This document shows, one piece after another, positions 1-9,602 of a stretch of 64,000 nucleotides of DNA. The notes below the pieces were generated by a model that saw nothing but the letters and a program-made list of their open reading frames with translations, was not told the origin of the DNA and ran no database searches. Within the stretch, counting starts at the first letter, position 1. Each line of letters starts with the position of its first letter. The DNA comes from Marispirochaeta sp. (GTDB lineage: Bacteria; Spirochaetota; Spirochaetia; JC444; Marispirochaetaceae), in assembly GCA_963676835.2 (NCBI GenBank), contig CAXXFF010000003.1, forward strand, positions 416,001-480,000, read 5' to 3'. The position numbers and the translations under genes were made by a program.

Positions 1-1553
1 TCGGAGTCATCAAACTCAACCCGGAATCCTGCCTTCTTAAGACGGGCATATACTTTGTCGGCGTATTCTTCAAATGCAGGAGCAACGGGAATAACCATAA
101 CCTGCACGGGAGAAAGCCATACGGGGAAAGCCCCGCCGAAATGTTCAACCAGTACACCGAAAAAGCGTTCCAGGGAACCGAGAAGAGCACGGTGAACCAT
201 ATAGGGCCGTTTTTCCACACCATCCCGGTCGGTGAAGGTCATGTCAAAGCGTTCGGGCAGATTAAAGTCAAACTGAACTGTCGAAAGCTGCCAGGAACGT
301 CCCAGAGCATCCTTAACCTTCAGGTCGATCTTTGGACCATAGAAAGCTCCGCCTCCTTCATCAATATCATAATCAAGACCTTCCGCCTCAATTGCCTTTC
401 GCAGTGATTCCTGGGCGACCTTCCAGTTTTCCGGATCACCCACTGCCTTTTCGGGCATGGTGGAGAGATATGCCTGGATGTCGGTAAATCCGAAGGAACG
501 CAGCATAAAAAGGCTGAAGCGCAGGACCTCAAGGATCTCATCTTCCACCTGTTCGGGGGTACAGAAAATATGGGCATCATCCTGAGTAAAGCCCCTTACC
601 CGCATAAGGCCGTGGAGGGTTCCGGATTTTTCATATCGGTACACCGTACCAAGCTCCGCCCAGCGGAAAGGAAGATCCCGGTAGGAGTGCTTGTTGGTCT
701 TGTAGATCATAATGTGGAAGGGACAGTTCATGGGCTTGGCATAATAGTTGGCCTTGTCCATAACCATTTCCGGGTACATACCTTCGGCATAGAAATCGAG
801 GTGACCGGAAGTTTCCCAGAGCCAGGATTTACCTACGTGGGGAGTAAAGAGAAACTCATAACCGTTGTTGCGGTGCTCCTCCCGCCAGAAATCCTCAATG
901 GCAACCCTGATGCGGGCCCCTTTGGGATGCCAGTAGACAAGACCCGGACCGGCTTCTTCGTGGGTACTGAACAGGTCGAGTTCCCGCCCTACTTTGCGGT
1001 GATCACGCTTTTCCAGCTCTTCAAGCTGCTGGAGATACATGCGCAGGTCCTTCGGGTTTGTCCAGGCAGTGCCGTAGATACGCTGAAGCATGGGCCGTTT
1101 TTCATCGCCCCGCCAGTATGCTCCGGCAATGGAAAGAAGCTTGAACGACTGGGCATTCAGCTTGTTTGAACTTTCCACATGGGGGCCGCGGCAGAGGTCG
1201 GAAAACACCCCCTGACTGTAGATGGAGATATCCTCACCTTCGGGAAGTTCATTGATCAGTTCAACCTTGTATGGCTGATCTGCAAACTGCTTCAGAGCCT
1301 CTTCGCGGCTTACCACAGTACGCTCAAAAGTGCGGCCCTCTTTTATAATGTCCTGCATTCTCTGAGTAATATCTTCCAGGTCATCCTCTTTGAGTGACCG
1401 GGGCAGATCAAAATCGTAATAGAAGCCGTTGTCTATTGCCGGGCCTATAGCAACCTTTCCTTCGGGGAAAATCTGAAGTACCGCCTCGGCCATTATATGG
1501 GCCATGGAGTGACGGATCATCTGGAGTTTTTCATCTTTATTGTCTTTGCTCAT
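1..1553 (-). CDS. thrS: Threonine--tRNA ligase (3' end runs off the window; short form without N-terminal TGS domain)
   Basis: Manual translation from ATG 1553: [25 protein letters not shown]...[13 protein letters not shown]; later DLCRGPH, FYGPKID and HRALLGS ThrRS motifs. Absent from the ORF track because the stop lies outside the window. Confidence 0.96.
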   Translation of the reverse strand, partial: MSKDNKDEKLQMIRHSMAHIMAEAVLQIFPEGKVAIGPAIDNGFYYDFDLPRSLKEDDLEDITQRMQDIIKEGRTFERTVVSREEALKQFADQPYKVELINELPEGEDISIYSQGVFSDLCRGPHVESSNKLNAQSFKLLSIAGAYWRGDEKRPMLQRIYGTAWTNPKDLRMYLQQLEELEKRDHRKVGRELDLFSTHEEAGPGLVYWHPKGARIRVAIEDFWREEHRNNGYEFLFTPHVGKSWLWETSGHLDFYAEGMYPEMVMDKANYYAKPMNCPFHIMIYKTNKHSYRDLPFRWAELGTVYRYEKSGTLHGLMRVRGFTQDDAHIFCTPEQVEDEILEVLRFSLFMLRSFGFTDIQAYLSTMPEKAVGDPENWKVAQESLRKAIEAEGLDYDIDEGGGAFYGPKIDLKVKDALGRSWQLSTVQFDFNLPERFDMTFTDRDGVEKRPYMVHRALLGSLERFFGVLVEHFGGAFPVWLSPVQVMVIPVAPAFEEYADKVYARLKKAGFRVEFDDS

Positions 1554-1604
1554 ACTAACCTCGCATTTGCGCATATGCGCCTGCCAAATTTCCGCAGGTC
1601 TTCA

Positions 1605-1980
1605 GAAAGAAAAAGCCTTCAGGTCTCATCCTTCCCGGGTGCTGATATACACCATCTGCGGGTAAGGACGAAGGCCTGAAGGCTCTCCGCGGTTCCACCT
1701 TACTTCGCCGGCTGAGTCTGTATGTAAATCGACTGCCGGCGCTCTCGTTTCTTCTCTTTTCCTGCATTCATCTTATGAAACAGCAGGCGGCATCACCCTA
1801 CGGCGGAAGTTATCCGGCACAGCTTACTGGGAATCATATCGCTAAATGAAACCGTTCAGCCTGCAGCTCGGAAGGGGTTTTCTCTCCGGACGGAACAGAC
1901 GGCTTCCAGCCCGTATCATGGATACTTCGGCCGTCCTCTCTCTCGATCCGCACCCGAAGGTACTCGTCTTCGTCAAAGCT
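1605..1980 (-). promoter_or_regulatory. T-box riboswitch (Thr, ACC specifier) with intrinsic terminator
   Basis: Minus strand shows the Stem I start GACGAAGACGAGTA, an AG-rich bulge, a GCTGGAA loop motif, specifier ACC at 1876-1878, Stem II GCTGAAC...AGTAAGC and the T-box GTAAGGTGGAACCGCG (about 1688-1703) pairing with CGTCCTTAC. A long AGCCTTCAGG/CCTGAAGGCT hairpin and U-tract follow. Confidence 0.92.
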
Positions 1981-2014
1981 TTGTATTCAGTAATACTAAA
2001 ATCTCAACCGGAAG

Positions 2015-3532
2015 TCAACCTGCTTCTGTAATAGCTAAAGCGGTTTTCAGTCCATCCACGGCTGAGCTCATAATGCCCCCCGCTGAACCGCTCCCCTCTC
2101 CGGCAAGATAAAGGCCTGGAATATTTTCAATTTCACCGGATGGGGTACGCATTATCCGTAAAGCAGCAGAAGTAGTGGTTTCCATACCGATAACAGCACC
2201 GGTTTCATAGCCTCTGATCTTGCGGCTGAAATTATGAATTCCATCCTTTAGATCCTCAAGAAGCCACAGCGGGTAAAGAGACCGGTAATCCGCCGGAGTG
2301 AGGGGAAAAGGAAAACTGTTTTCCGGAAGATTTCCATGTTTGTCTCCCTTAAGAAGAGTAGCCGGCAATGCAGCGGGAGCACTGTGTTCACCGCAGATAT
2401 CCCAGGAGTGAGATTCTAGTTGTTCCAGTGCATCAAGAATACTGCCGGGACTTTCTGCACCCGGAAAAAGCTCCTCCGGATGAACAGAGGCTACAACTGC
2501 TGCATTCGACCAGCGGCTGTCACGGCTGTACATGGACACCCCGTTAACAATATTTATCCCCTGCCTCCATGAAGCGGGAACAATCTTTCCTCCTGGACAC
2601 ATACAGAAGCTGTAAACTCCCCTTCCGGAAGAGCTCTTTGCGGTAAGCCGGTATTCAGCTGCTTTAATACCGGAAATCTCTTTACGCCCCCACTGAGACA
2701 GGTTGATCAGTTCCCGGGTATGCTCCATCCGGAAGCCGACGGCAAAGCCTTTGGGCTTGAACACTGCGCCATGGTCCATCAGCAGCCGGAAGAGTAAAAA
2801 CGCCGAATGCCCGGGAGCCAGAAGAGTGATATCCGCAGGAAACTCCCTGCTGCCCGAAGTAAGGCCACCGCAACGCCCATCCGGCTTACGCAGCAGTCCG
2901 TCCGCTTCGGTATTGAAATGAAACTTCACCCCTCTGGACTCCAGTTCTTTCCGGCCGTTCTGCACCACATAAAAAAGCCTGTCACTGCCGATATGAGGAT
3001 GAGCCAGCCAGAGTATTTCCTCCGGAGCACCGCAGGATACATACTTTGCCAGAATATAATCCCGTTCACGGGAGATACCCTTCGTTCGGCTGGTAAGCTT
3101 GCCATCGGAAAACGTACCTGCCCCGCCTTCCCCGCAGGCATAGTTGGAGCTGCCTTTAAGAGATCCTCCGGACTCATAATGTTCGATATCCCTGAGGCGC
3201 TCATCCGCCGGCGGTCCTTTTTCCAGGAGAGTAACTGAAAATCCCCGCCGGGATAGAATATCGGCAGCAAAAAATCCTGCCGGACCGGAACCGGCAATTA
3301 CCGCAGTACCTGCATTCCGCTTGTATTCAACCGGCAGCAGATGTTCCGGAACAGGCGGTGCCGTATTTACGTCGGTTGATATCCGGTAGTTCCAGAAGAG
3401 GTCAGGTTTCTTTCTTGCATCGAGGCTTTTGCGGATAATTTTCCAGGGCTGCGTTTTCCCGGATTTATGTTCCACCAGGCGTGATAACTCATCTTCAGGA
3501 GTTTCTACCGGTACAATCAGGTCAAATTCCAT
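2015..3532 (-). CDS. FAD-dependent oxidoreductase (uncharacterised, COG2509-like)
   Basis: GSGPAG Rossmann motif; GEGGAGTFSDGKL, YSFCMCPGG and GEGSGSAGGIMSSAVDG family motifs. Confidence 0.85.
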   Translation of the reverse strand: MEFDLIVPVETPEDELSRLVEHKSGKTQPWKIIRKSLDARKKPDLFWNYRISTDVNTAPPVPEHLLPVEYKRNAGTAVIAGSGPAGFFAADILSRRGFSVTLLEKGPPADERLRDIEHYESGGSLKGSSNYACGEGGAGTFSDGKLTSRTKGISRERDYILAKYVSCGAPEEILWLAHPHIGSDRLFYVVQNGRKELESRGVKFHFNTEADGLLRKPDGRCGGLTSGSREFPADITLLAPGHSAFLLFRLLMDHGAVFKPKGFAVGFRMEHTRELINLSQWGRKEISGIKAAEYRLTAKSSSGRGVYSFCMCPGGKIVPASWRQGINIVNGVSMYSRDSRWSNAAVVASVHPEELFPGAESPGSILDALEQLESHSWDICGEHSAPAALPATLLKGDKHGNLPENSFPFPLTPADYRSLYPLWLLEDLKDGIHNFSRKIRGYETGAVIGMETTTSAALRIMRTPSGEIENIPGLYLAGEGSGSAGGIMSSAVDGLKTALAITEAG

Positions 3533-3535
3533 GAA

Positions 3536-4297
3536 TTACCTAATAAAACGGTTTACTGCTTCAAGAACTTCCGCCGGTTTTTCAGCATGAACCCAGTGGG
3601 AAACCCCGTCTATGGTTTCAATTCCGGCTGATGGGAAAAGCCCGCGGATAACATCCATGTCCGAAGGCTTAATATAGGAAGACTCGCCACCTTTAAGAAA
3701 CAGGACCGGTCCGGAGAAAGAGCTGCTGAAATGCGGAAAATCCCTGAGCAGAGAAAGATTAACTTTTAATGCCTTCAGGTTCAGGCGCCAGGCAAAACCT
3801 CCCGATCCGTTCCGTACAAGATTTTTAAGCAGAAAAGAGGCCACCATTCTGTTATCAAGCCGGGAAAACATCCAATTCTCGGCTGTGCTCCGTTTATCAA
3901 CCTCTTCCAGAGGCAGATCGAGCATGGCATCTATTTCGCTGTCCAGCCCCTGGGCATAATTTTTGGGGGCGATATCTTCAATGATCAAGCCTGCAGCAGA
4001 ATCCGGAACAGTCAGAGCCAGATGCATGGCAACCTTACCGCCCATACTGTGTCCAAACAGCCAGGGGTTCTGCAGATGCTCCTGCTGAATAAATTCTGCA
4101 ACATCTGAGGCCATGGACGGATAATCCATTATCTCGCTGTGAAAAGACTCGCCATGATTACGCAGATCCAGAGCAAACACCCGGAATTTTTCAGACAGAC
4201 CTCTCGCGAGGGTAAAGAAGTTTTCCTTGGAGGCGAACATTCCGTGAAGCAGAACAATATCTTTGCCGCCCTCTCCAAACACCCGGAATTTAAGCAT
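3536..4297 (-). CDS. Alpha/beta-fold hydrolase (YbfF-like esterase)
   Basis: LHGMF, DLRNHGES, GHSMGG nucleophile elbow, C-terminal HWVHAE. Confidence 0.9.
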   Translation of the reverse strand: MLKFRVFGEGGKDIVLLHGMFASKENFFTLARGLSEKFRVFALDLRNHGESFHSEIMDYPSMASDVAEFIQQEHLQNPWLFGHSMGGKVAMHLALTVPDSAAGLIIEDIAPKNYAQGLDSEIDAMLDLPLEEVDKRSTAENWMFSRLDNRMVASFLLKNLVRNGSGGFAWRLNLKALKVNLSLLRDFPHFSSSFSGPVLFLKGGESSYIKPSDMDVIRGLFPSAGIETIDGVSHWVHAEKPAEVLEAVNRFIR

Positions 4298-5091
4298 CAG
4301 AGAAACGCTCCAACACCCTCCAGGATTATATGCGGACGGTAGGCGAAATTGTTCACTTCCTCCCGGCTGGTAACACCGGAAAGAACAAGCACAGTTTCTA
4401 TTTCAGACTCAATTCCGGCCACAATATCCGTGTCCATCCGGTCACCGATGATAACTGTTTCTTCCCTGCTGCACCCCAGACGGCGCATGGCGGAGCGCAT
4501 CATCAGGGGATTCGGTTTCCCCACATAATAGGCCTTCGATCCGGTAGTCAACTCTATTGGAGCGATCAGTGCTCCTGTTGCAGGAATAATCCCCTCTTCT
4601 GAGGGCCCTGTAACATCGGGATTTGTACCAATCAGCCGGGCACCTCCACGGACCAGATTGATTGCCTTCTGAAGGGTTTCAAAGGTATACGAATGAGACT
4701 CTCCCACTACAACATAGTCGGGGTTGACGTTATTCATGGAAAAGCCTGCGTTATACAGCGCATTTATAAGCCCCGCTTCACCGATTACAAAAGCACTGCC
4801 TCCGGGCATCTGATTTTTCAGAAAAGATCCGGTAGCAAGGGCACTGGTATAAAAATGATCTTCCGAAACCTCTATGCCAAGACGCTTCAGCTTCTGATGA
4901 AGTTCCTTGGGGCTTCGTTCCGAGGAGTTGGTAAGAAAAAGGAACTCCTTATTCTCTGAATGCAGCCAGTCGACAAATTCCTTTACTCCCGGGAGCAGTT
5001 TATTACCGTGATAAATGACTCCATCCATGTCGCAGATAAACCCGCGTTTTGATTTGAGCCGTTCCCTTGTCTGTTCATCAATTCCGTTCAT
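4297..5091 (-). CDS. nagD: HAD-IIA family phosphatase (NagD-like)
   Basis: DMDGV motif I, LTNSS, GKPNP, IGDRMDTDI. Confidence 0.88.
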   Translation of the reverse strand: MNGIDEQTRERLKSKRGFICDMDGVIYHGNKLLPGVKEFVDWLHSENKEFLFLTNSSERSPKELHQKLKRLGIEVSEDHFYTSALATGSFLKNQMPGGSAFVIGEAGLINALYNAGFSMNNVNPDYVVVGESHSYTFETLQKAINLVRGGARLIGTNPDVTGPSEEGIIPATGALIAPIELTTGSKAYYVGKPNPLMMRSAMRRLGCSREETVIIGDRMDTDIVAGIESEIETVLVLSGVTSREEVNNFAYRPHIILEGVGAFL

Positions 5092-5948
5092 AACTGTGTC
5101 TCCCCCTGGAGCTGCAGAATTTTATCCGCTGTTTCCTGAATACTGGTATCCGGCGTCGAGGCGCCGGCGGAAATCCCGATAACCGCAAGTTTGCCCACTT
5201 CTTCCGGAACATCCCCAGGCCCCTCAACCTGCCAGGCCGGCAGGCCTGATGCTTTTGCAAGTTCATATAGACGCCGGGTGTTGGCGCTGTTTTTTCCTCC
5301 GATCACAACAATTCCATCTACATCACCGGCAAGTTTCTTTACAGCATCCTGACGAAGGCTTGTAGCCGGGCAGATTGACCGTTCAATATTACAGTCACTA
5401 CAGCGCTGGCGGATTTTTTCTGCGATCTGAAAATAAAGTTCCTTGTCAAAGGTGGTCTGGGCAATTACCGAGACCTTTCCGGACAAACCGATACTCAATG
5501 CCTGGGAAATATCAGCAATGACCATAGCCCTTTCCGGTTGCTCGAGAGACCCTGCAATTGCAAGCATTTCACCATGTCCTGCATCACCGACAAGAATAAC
5601 CTGCCGCCCTTCAGATTCTGCTTCCCGGGCTTTCCTGATTGAGTGAGCAACCTTGGGACAGGTGGCATCAATAATCAGCCCTCCCCGGCCTTCAAGGTCT
5701 GCAAGCACCTGAGACGGCACACCGTGAGCGCGGATTACCACCCGGTCTCCCTTCTGGACCTCTTCCGGACTTTTTACAACCCGAACTCCCCGTGCTTCAT
5801 AGGAATCGACTACCTGCGGGTTATGAATAAGGGGTCCATATGTGGCAAGAGGGGCCTTGCTGTTATCATCCAGAGCCTCTTCGAGAATAGAGACCGCCCG
5901 CCGGACTCCCATACAGAAACCAATTTTATCTGCATATACAATAGACAT
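5088..5948 (-). CDS. ispH: 4-hydroxy-3-methylbut-2-enyl diphosphate reductase
   Basis: GFCMGVRRA, IHNPQVV, RAHG, DATCP, QTT, ICPAT, SANT, AGASTP. Confidence 0.96.
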   Translation of the reverse strand: MSIVYADKIGFCMGVRRAVSILEEALDDNSKAPLATYGPLIHNPQVVDSYEARGVRVVKSPEEVQKGDRVVIRAHGVPSQVLADLEGRGGLIIDATCPKVAHSIRKAREAESEGRQVILVGDAGHGEMLAIAGSLEQPERAMVIADISQALSIGLSGKVSVIAQTTFDKELYFQIAEKIRQRCSDCNIERSICPATSLRQDAVKKLAGDVDGIVVIGGKNSANTRRLYELAKASGLPAWQVEGPGDVPEEVGKLAVIGISAGASTPDTSIQETADKILQLQGETQL

Positions 5949-6000
5949 ATATCTTAAGCCTCCCGGTTCTGTTAACCGGATTTACTGGTATTACCACCCG

Positions 6001-7071
6001 TCAATGTTCCACGGGATACCGGAAAATTCCATCCTCATAATCGCGGAGCAGATACTCTCCGTCTTCTTCACCTGTAATACTACCGGAATGGAGTAAAATC
6101 TTGCCGCCGCCTCCAGGCAGATCGACTGCCAGGGAAGGCATGGCGAGCCCGGAAACGGTACTCCTCAAGTTCCTGTACAGATCAATCGCAGCCTTCAGGT
6201 TCATTCTGAAGTGAGATGTACCCGAAGCCAAGTCGCCCTGGAAAAGATAGTAGGGTTTTACCCTGGATTCAAGCAGTTGATGAAAGAGTTGTGTAAGTAT
6301 TTCTTTAGAATCATTGACCCCTCTAAGCAGCACCGTCTGGCTCACCAGAAGAATACCGGCATCGGATAAGGCTATAACTGCATCAAGGAACTCATCAGTT
6401 ATCTCGGCAGGATGATTAATATGCAGTACAAGCCACAGGTTCTTTACCTGTCCCAGCATTGCGATAAGCCGGGCAGTAATACGTCCGGGCATAACTGCAG
6501 GAATTCTTGTAGAAAGGCGTATTACGATCGGCCTGCCTACGGACTGGATCAATTCCAGAATCTCACATAGTTTGCCGTCCGGGAGCATCAGAGGATCACC
6601 GCCGGACAGAATCACCTCGTGAACAGAAGGATTTCCTATAAGATATTCGCGGATATTCTCAAGTTCAGCTTGTGATAGAATGCCTGTACCATCACCGGTA
6701 AACCGTCTGCGGAAGCAGTAGCGGCAGTACATTGCACACTGATCGGTAACCAGTAGCAGCACCCGGTCTTTATAGCGGTGGATACAGCGGCTTACCGGTT
6801 CGAAGGACTCTTCGTGCAGGGGATCGGCGGTTTCATAGGGAAGATCAGAGAACTCTTCAACCTGGGGTATCGCCATTTTACGCAGGGCACCGGTCGGGTC
6901 TGAGAGAATGAGTTTACGGTAATATTCGGGGATCCGTACAGGTAGTGTCGGCAGACGCTGTTGAACATCAAAATATGCCGACTCACTTTCATTGAGGACA
7001 ATTCCGGAGTTTACCAATGCATCTCGGTTATTATTGTTTTCAGTTTCTGAAACCTTGTTATTGTTCGACAA
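6001..7071 (-). CDS. KamA-family radical SAM protein (lysine 2,3-aminomutase/EpmB-like)
   Basis: HRYKDRVLL, CAMYCRYCFRR, SGGDPL, HINHP, VLLRGVND, PYYL, DLPGGGGK. Confidence 0.9.
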   Translation of the reverse strand: MSNNNKVSETENNNNRDALVNSGIVLNESESAYFDVQQRLPTLPVRIPEYYRKLILSDPTGALRKMAIPQVEEFSDLPYETADPLHEESFEPVSRCIHRYKDRVLLLVTDQCAMYCRYCFRRRFTGDGTGILSQAELENIREYLIGNPSVHEVILSGGDPLMLPDGKLCEILELIQSVGRPIVIRLSTRIPAVMPGRITARLIAMLGQVKNLWLVLHINHPAEITDEFLDAVIALSDAGILLVSQTVLLRGVNDSKEILTQLFHQLLESRVKPYYLFQGDLASGTSHFRMNLKAAIDLYRNLRSTVSGLAMPSLAVDLPGGGGKILLHSGSITGEEDGEYLLRDYEDGIFRYPVEH

Positions 7072-7266
7072 AATCAGAAGATCCTAGCTGTAAGACAGTT
7101 CATGCAGTGGATTATAATGCCGGTTGGCAAGGGGATAAAGAGCAGATCCGCGGAATATAATCTTTTTCCATGACAGACTGCGACTACCAGCCGATCTTAT
7201 AACGTTGCGATAACAATTCCAACCAGATTGTAAAATGAATTGATATACAGTAAGCCTTAGCGTCTA

Positions 7267-7968
7267 CTATTTCTCGTTCCTGTAAACTTTTTCAATAGTA
7301 TCAAGAGCACCGTTCTTGTGGTCATTGATCGCATCTATCATTTTATCTTTGTCCCCGGCTTTCCATGCTTCATAAACATTCACGTGATCACTATAAGCCT
7401 GGCGGATTCTGTCAGCCATAATTTCAGATTTGGAGATATATCCATACGCCTTTAAACGCAGCTGCTCATACATCCGTTCTATAGTTTTATTCTGTATGCT
7501 TCTAAGAAAAATAGTGTGATATTCCCGGTCGATCAGGATGTAGTTCATGTACAAATCCATCGATAGAGGTTGTTCGATTTTTTCAATCAGTAATTTGTGT
7601 TCTCTTAACTGCTTCTGCAACCCTTTATCCATTTCTTTCCGTACTTGATCAGAGCAGTTGAGGGAAGCATCAACACAAAGCAGATTCAAAAGCTGCCTGG
7701 CTTCCATCAGTTCTCTCACCTCTTCTCCGCTGACCTTTTTAACAACCACTCCCCGGCGGGGAATAGCCTCCAGTAGTCCTTCACTGACCAAACGGTTAAA
7801 AGCCTGTTTTACCGGGGTTTCGCTGACACCATAGCGTGCGGCGATTTCCATAATTGGGATTTTCTGTCCGGGAACATAAAGATGCTCCATTATGTCGCTT
7901 ATCAGACGGCTGCGGATACTTTCCACAAGCGAAGGGGTTTCAATAATTTTAGGCTCTTTCATATCCAA
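7267..7968 (-). CDS. GntR-family transcriptional regulator (FCD C-terminal domain)
   Basis: wHTH YGVSETPVKQAFNRLVSEGLL...PRRG; FCD-type D.EYH, H and H residues; true start may be ATG 7962. Confidence 0.9.
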   Translation of the reverse strand: MDMKEPKIIETPSLVESIRSRLISDIMEHLYVPGQKIPIMEIAARYGVSETPVKQAFNRLVSEGLLEAIPRRGVVVKKVSGEEVRELMEARQLLNLLCVDASLNCSDQVRKEMDKGLQKQLREHKLLIEKIEQPLSMDLYMNYILIDREYHTIFLRSIQNKTIERMYEQLRLKAYGYISKSEIMADRIRQAYSDHVNVYEAWKAGDKDKMIDAINDHKNGALDTIEKVYRNEK

Positions 7969-8113
7969 ATCCGAATGAAAATTTCATACTTTCAGTATAT
8001 TTCCATTTACATCACACAACAAGCAATAGATCTTAAATCTGTTACAGAAGGACGATATTCAGAGAAAACCGGAAGGCGTTTTACAATATGGAAACCCCTC
8101 CCGGCTGTTATAT

Positions 8114-9565
8114 CTATTTGGCTCCGCCTTGTACCGGCGAAAATATAATCGGCACCGTTCCTTTCAGGAACTCCCGCCCTCCATGTTTATTCAGCAGAGT
8201 AGTCTGATCATCCTTTGCCTGCTTATCAACAGCTTCCGGATTAACGCGCAGAAAAAGTTCCCGGCGCAGATCGTTAAGGACTTCAGCATAAGCAGATACT
8301 TCAGCTATATTTGTCAGCTCGTCCGGATCATCTTCAAGATTAAACAGGACCGAAGGATATCCTACATACTGAATGAGTTTGAAATTCTGCTTCCGTATCA
8401 TAAACCCGCCGGTAAAAGAGCCGGATGCATGAAATTCACTGAATACTACCCTGTTTTCTTTATTTTCTCCTCGAGCTAACGGCAGCAATGTTGCTCCTGG
8501 AAGATCCTCATCTGCCTCTAACGGCTTTAGGCCAACGCAATCAAGAATTGTTGGAAAAATGTCTACCAGCGAAATGTTAACATCCACAGTTTCATCTTCA
8601 GGAATATCCGGCCCTGCCATAATAAACGGAATACCTGCAGATCCTTCGAACATACAACTTTTATACCAGAGCCCATGATCTCCAAGCATTTCACCATGAT
8701 CCGTCGAGTAGATAATTCTGGTATTCTCTAATTGCCCGCTTTCTTCCAAGGCCTGTAATACACGGCCAATCTGAGAATCAACATAGCTGCACATACCATA
8801 GTAGGCATGGATGGTCTTACGCAGCTGCTCGGGTGAAAGCTCCTCATCAGTACCCTGATAGTGCCGGTGATCAACACAGAAGGGATACTCAGGTCGCTCA
8901 TTTTTAGCATAGTTTTTGGGAAGAGGAAGGTCCTCCTCATTATAAAGGTCCCAGTATTCCTGAGGCGCAATAAAAGGAAAATGCGGCAGAACAAAACCGA
9001 CCTGCATAACCCATGGCTTGTCCTTGTTCACCGATTCATTCACAAGATAGCTGCATGCTTCATCGGCAATTTGTTTATCAAGCTTTGTATACGATGATTC
9101 TCCGATCTTCGGCTCTCTGACACTTTTCGCCAGCCCTAACTTGCAGGCGTCTCTTTCCCTGATTGCACCGAAAAGATCGCCTATCCCGTCCCTGACATGC
9201 AGCGGCAGCCTCTGATCCTTGAATCCGGTATTATCTTCAGGATACCTGAAATGCAGCTTTCCAAAAGTAGTAACATCGATCCCTTCATTTTCCAGCCGAT
9301 GTCCCCAGCTGTCAAATTCTTCACCAAGGTATGGAAAAGCGTTGTCCCAGAGCTTTAGCTGATTAGCGTACCTTCCGGTGGCAAGACAGGCTCTGGCGGG
9401 AACACAAATCGGACTGTTTGAATATGCACTTGTGAATTTGGTGCCACGCTTTGCCAGAGAGTCTATATTCGGGGTTTTTATATACGGGTTTCCATAACAT
9501 CCAGTCTTTTCTTTACTATGTTGATCTGAGAAAATAAAAAGTAAATTCATTGGTTCGCTTTTCAT
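8114..9565 (-). CDS. Cytoplasmic formylglycine-dependent sulfatase (choline-sulfatase-like)
   Basis: NLLFIFSDQH, CVPARACLATGRY (CxPxR), GKLH, PHFP, TDHGEMLGDHGLWYK; no signal peptide; ATG 9565 preceded by GGAG. Confidence 0.9.
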   Translation of the reverse strand: MKSEPMNLLFIFSDQHSKEKTGCYGNPYIKTPNIDSLAKRGTKFTSAYSNSPICVPARACLATGRYANQLKLWDNAFPYLGEEFDSWGHRLENEGIDVTTFGKLHFRYPEDNTGFKDQRLPLHVRDGIGDLFGAIRERDACKLGLAKSVREPKIGESSYTKLDKQIADEACSYLVNESVNKDKPWVMQVGFVLPHFPFIAPQEYWDLYNEEDLPLPKNYAKNERPEYPFCVDHRHYQGTDEELSPEQLRKTIHAYYGMCSYVDSQIGRVLQALEESGQLENTRIIYSTDHGEMLGDHGLWYKSCMFEGSAGIPFIMAGPDIPEDETVDVNISLVDIFPTILDCVGLKPLEADEDLPGATLLPLARGENKENRVVFSEFHASGSFTGGFMIRKQNFKLIQYVGYPSVLFNLEDDPDELTNIAEVSAYAEVLNDLRRELFLRVNPEAVDKQAKDDQTTLLNKHGGREFLKGTVPIIFSPVQGGAK

Positions 9566-9602
9566 ATATTGAATCTCCAAAGATATTCCATGAATGCTCG
9601 TT

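Noticed and set aside
141..1679. Plus-strand ORFs 141..407, 570..1169, 1179..1397 and 1497..1679
   Set aside because: Antisense shadows of thrS and its T-box leader.
6001..7071. Radical SAM gene as the maturase for the nearby sulfatase
   Set aside because: Motifs are KamA-type (PLP lysine GGGK, no SPASM cysteines), not anSME.
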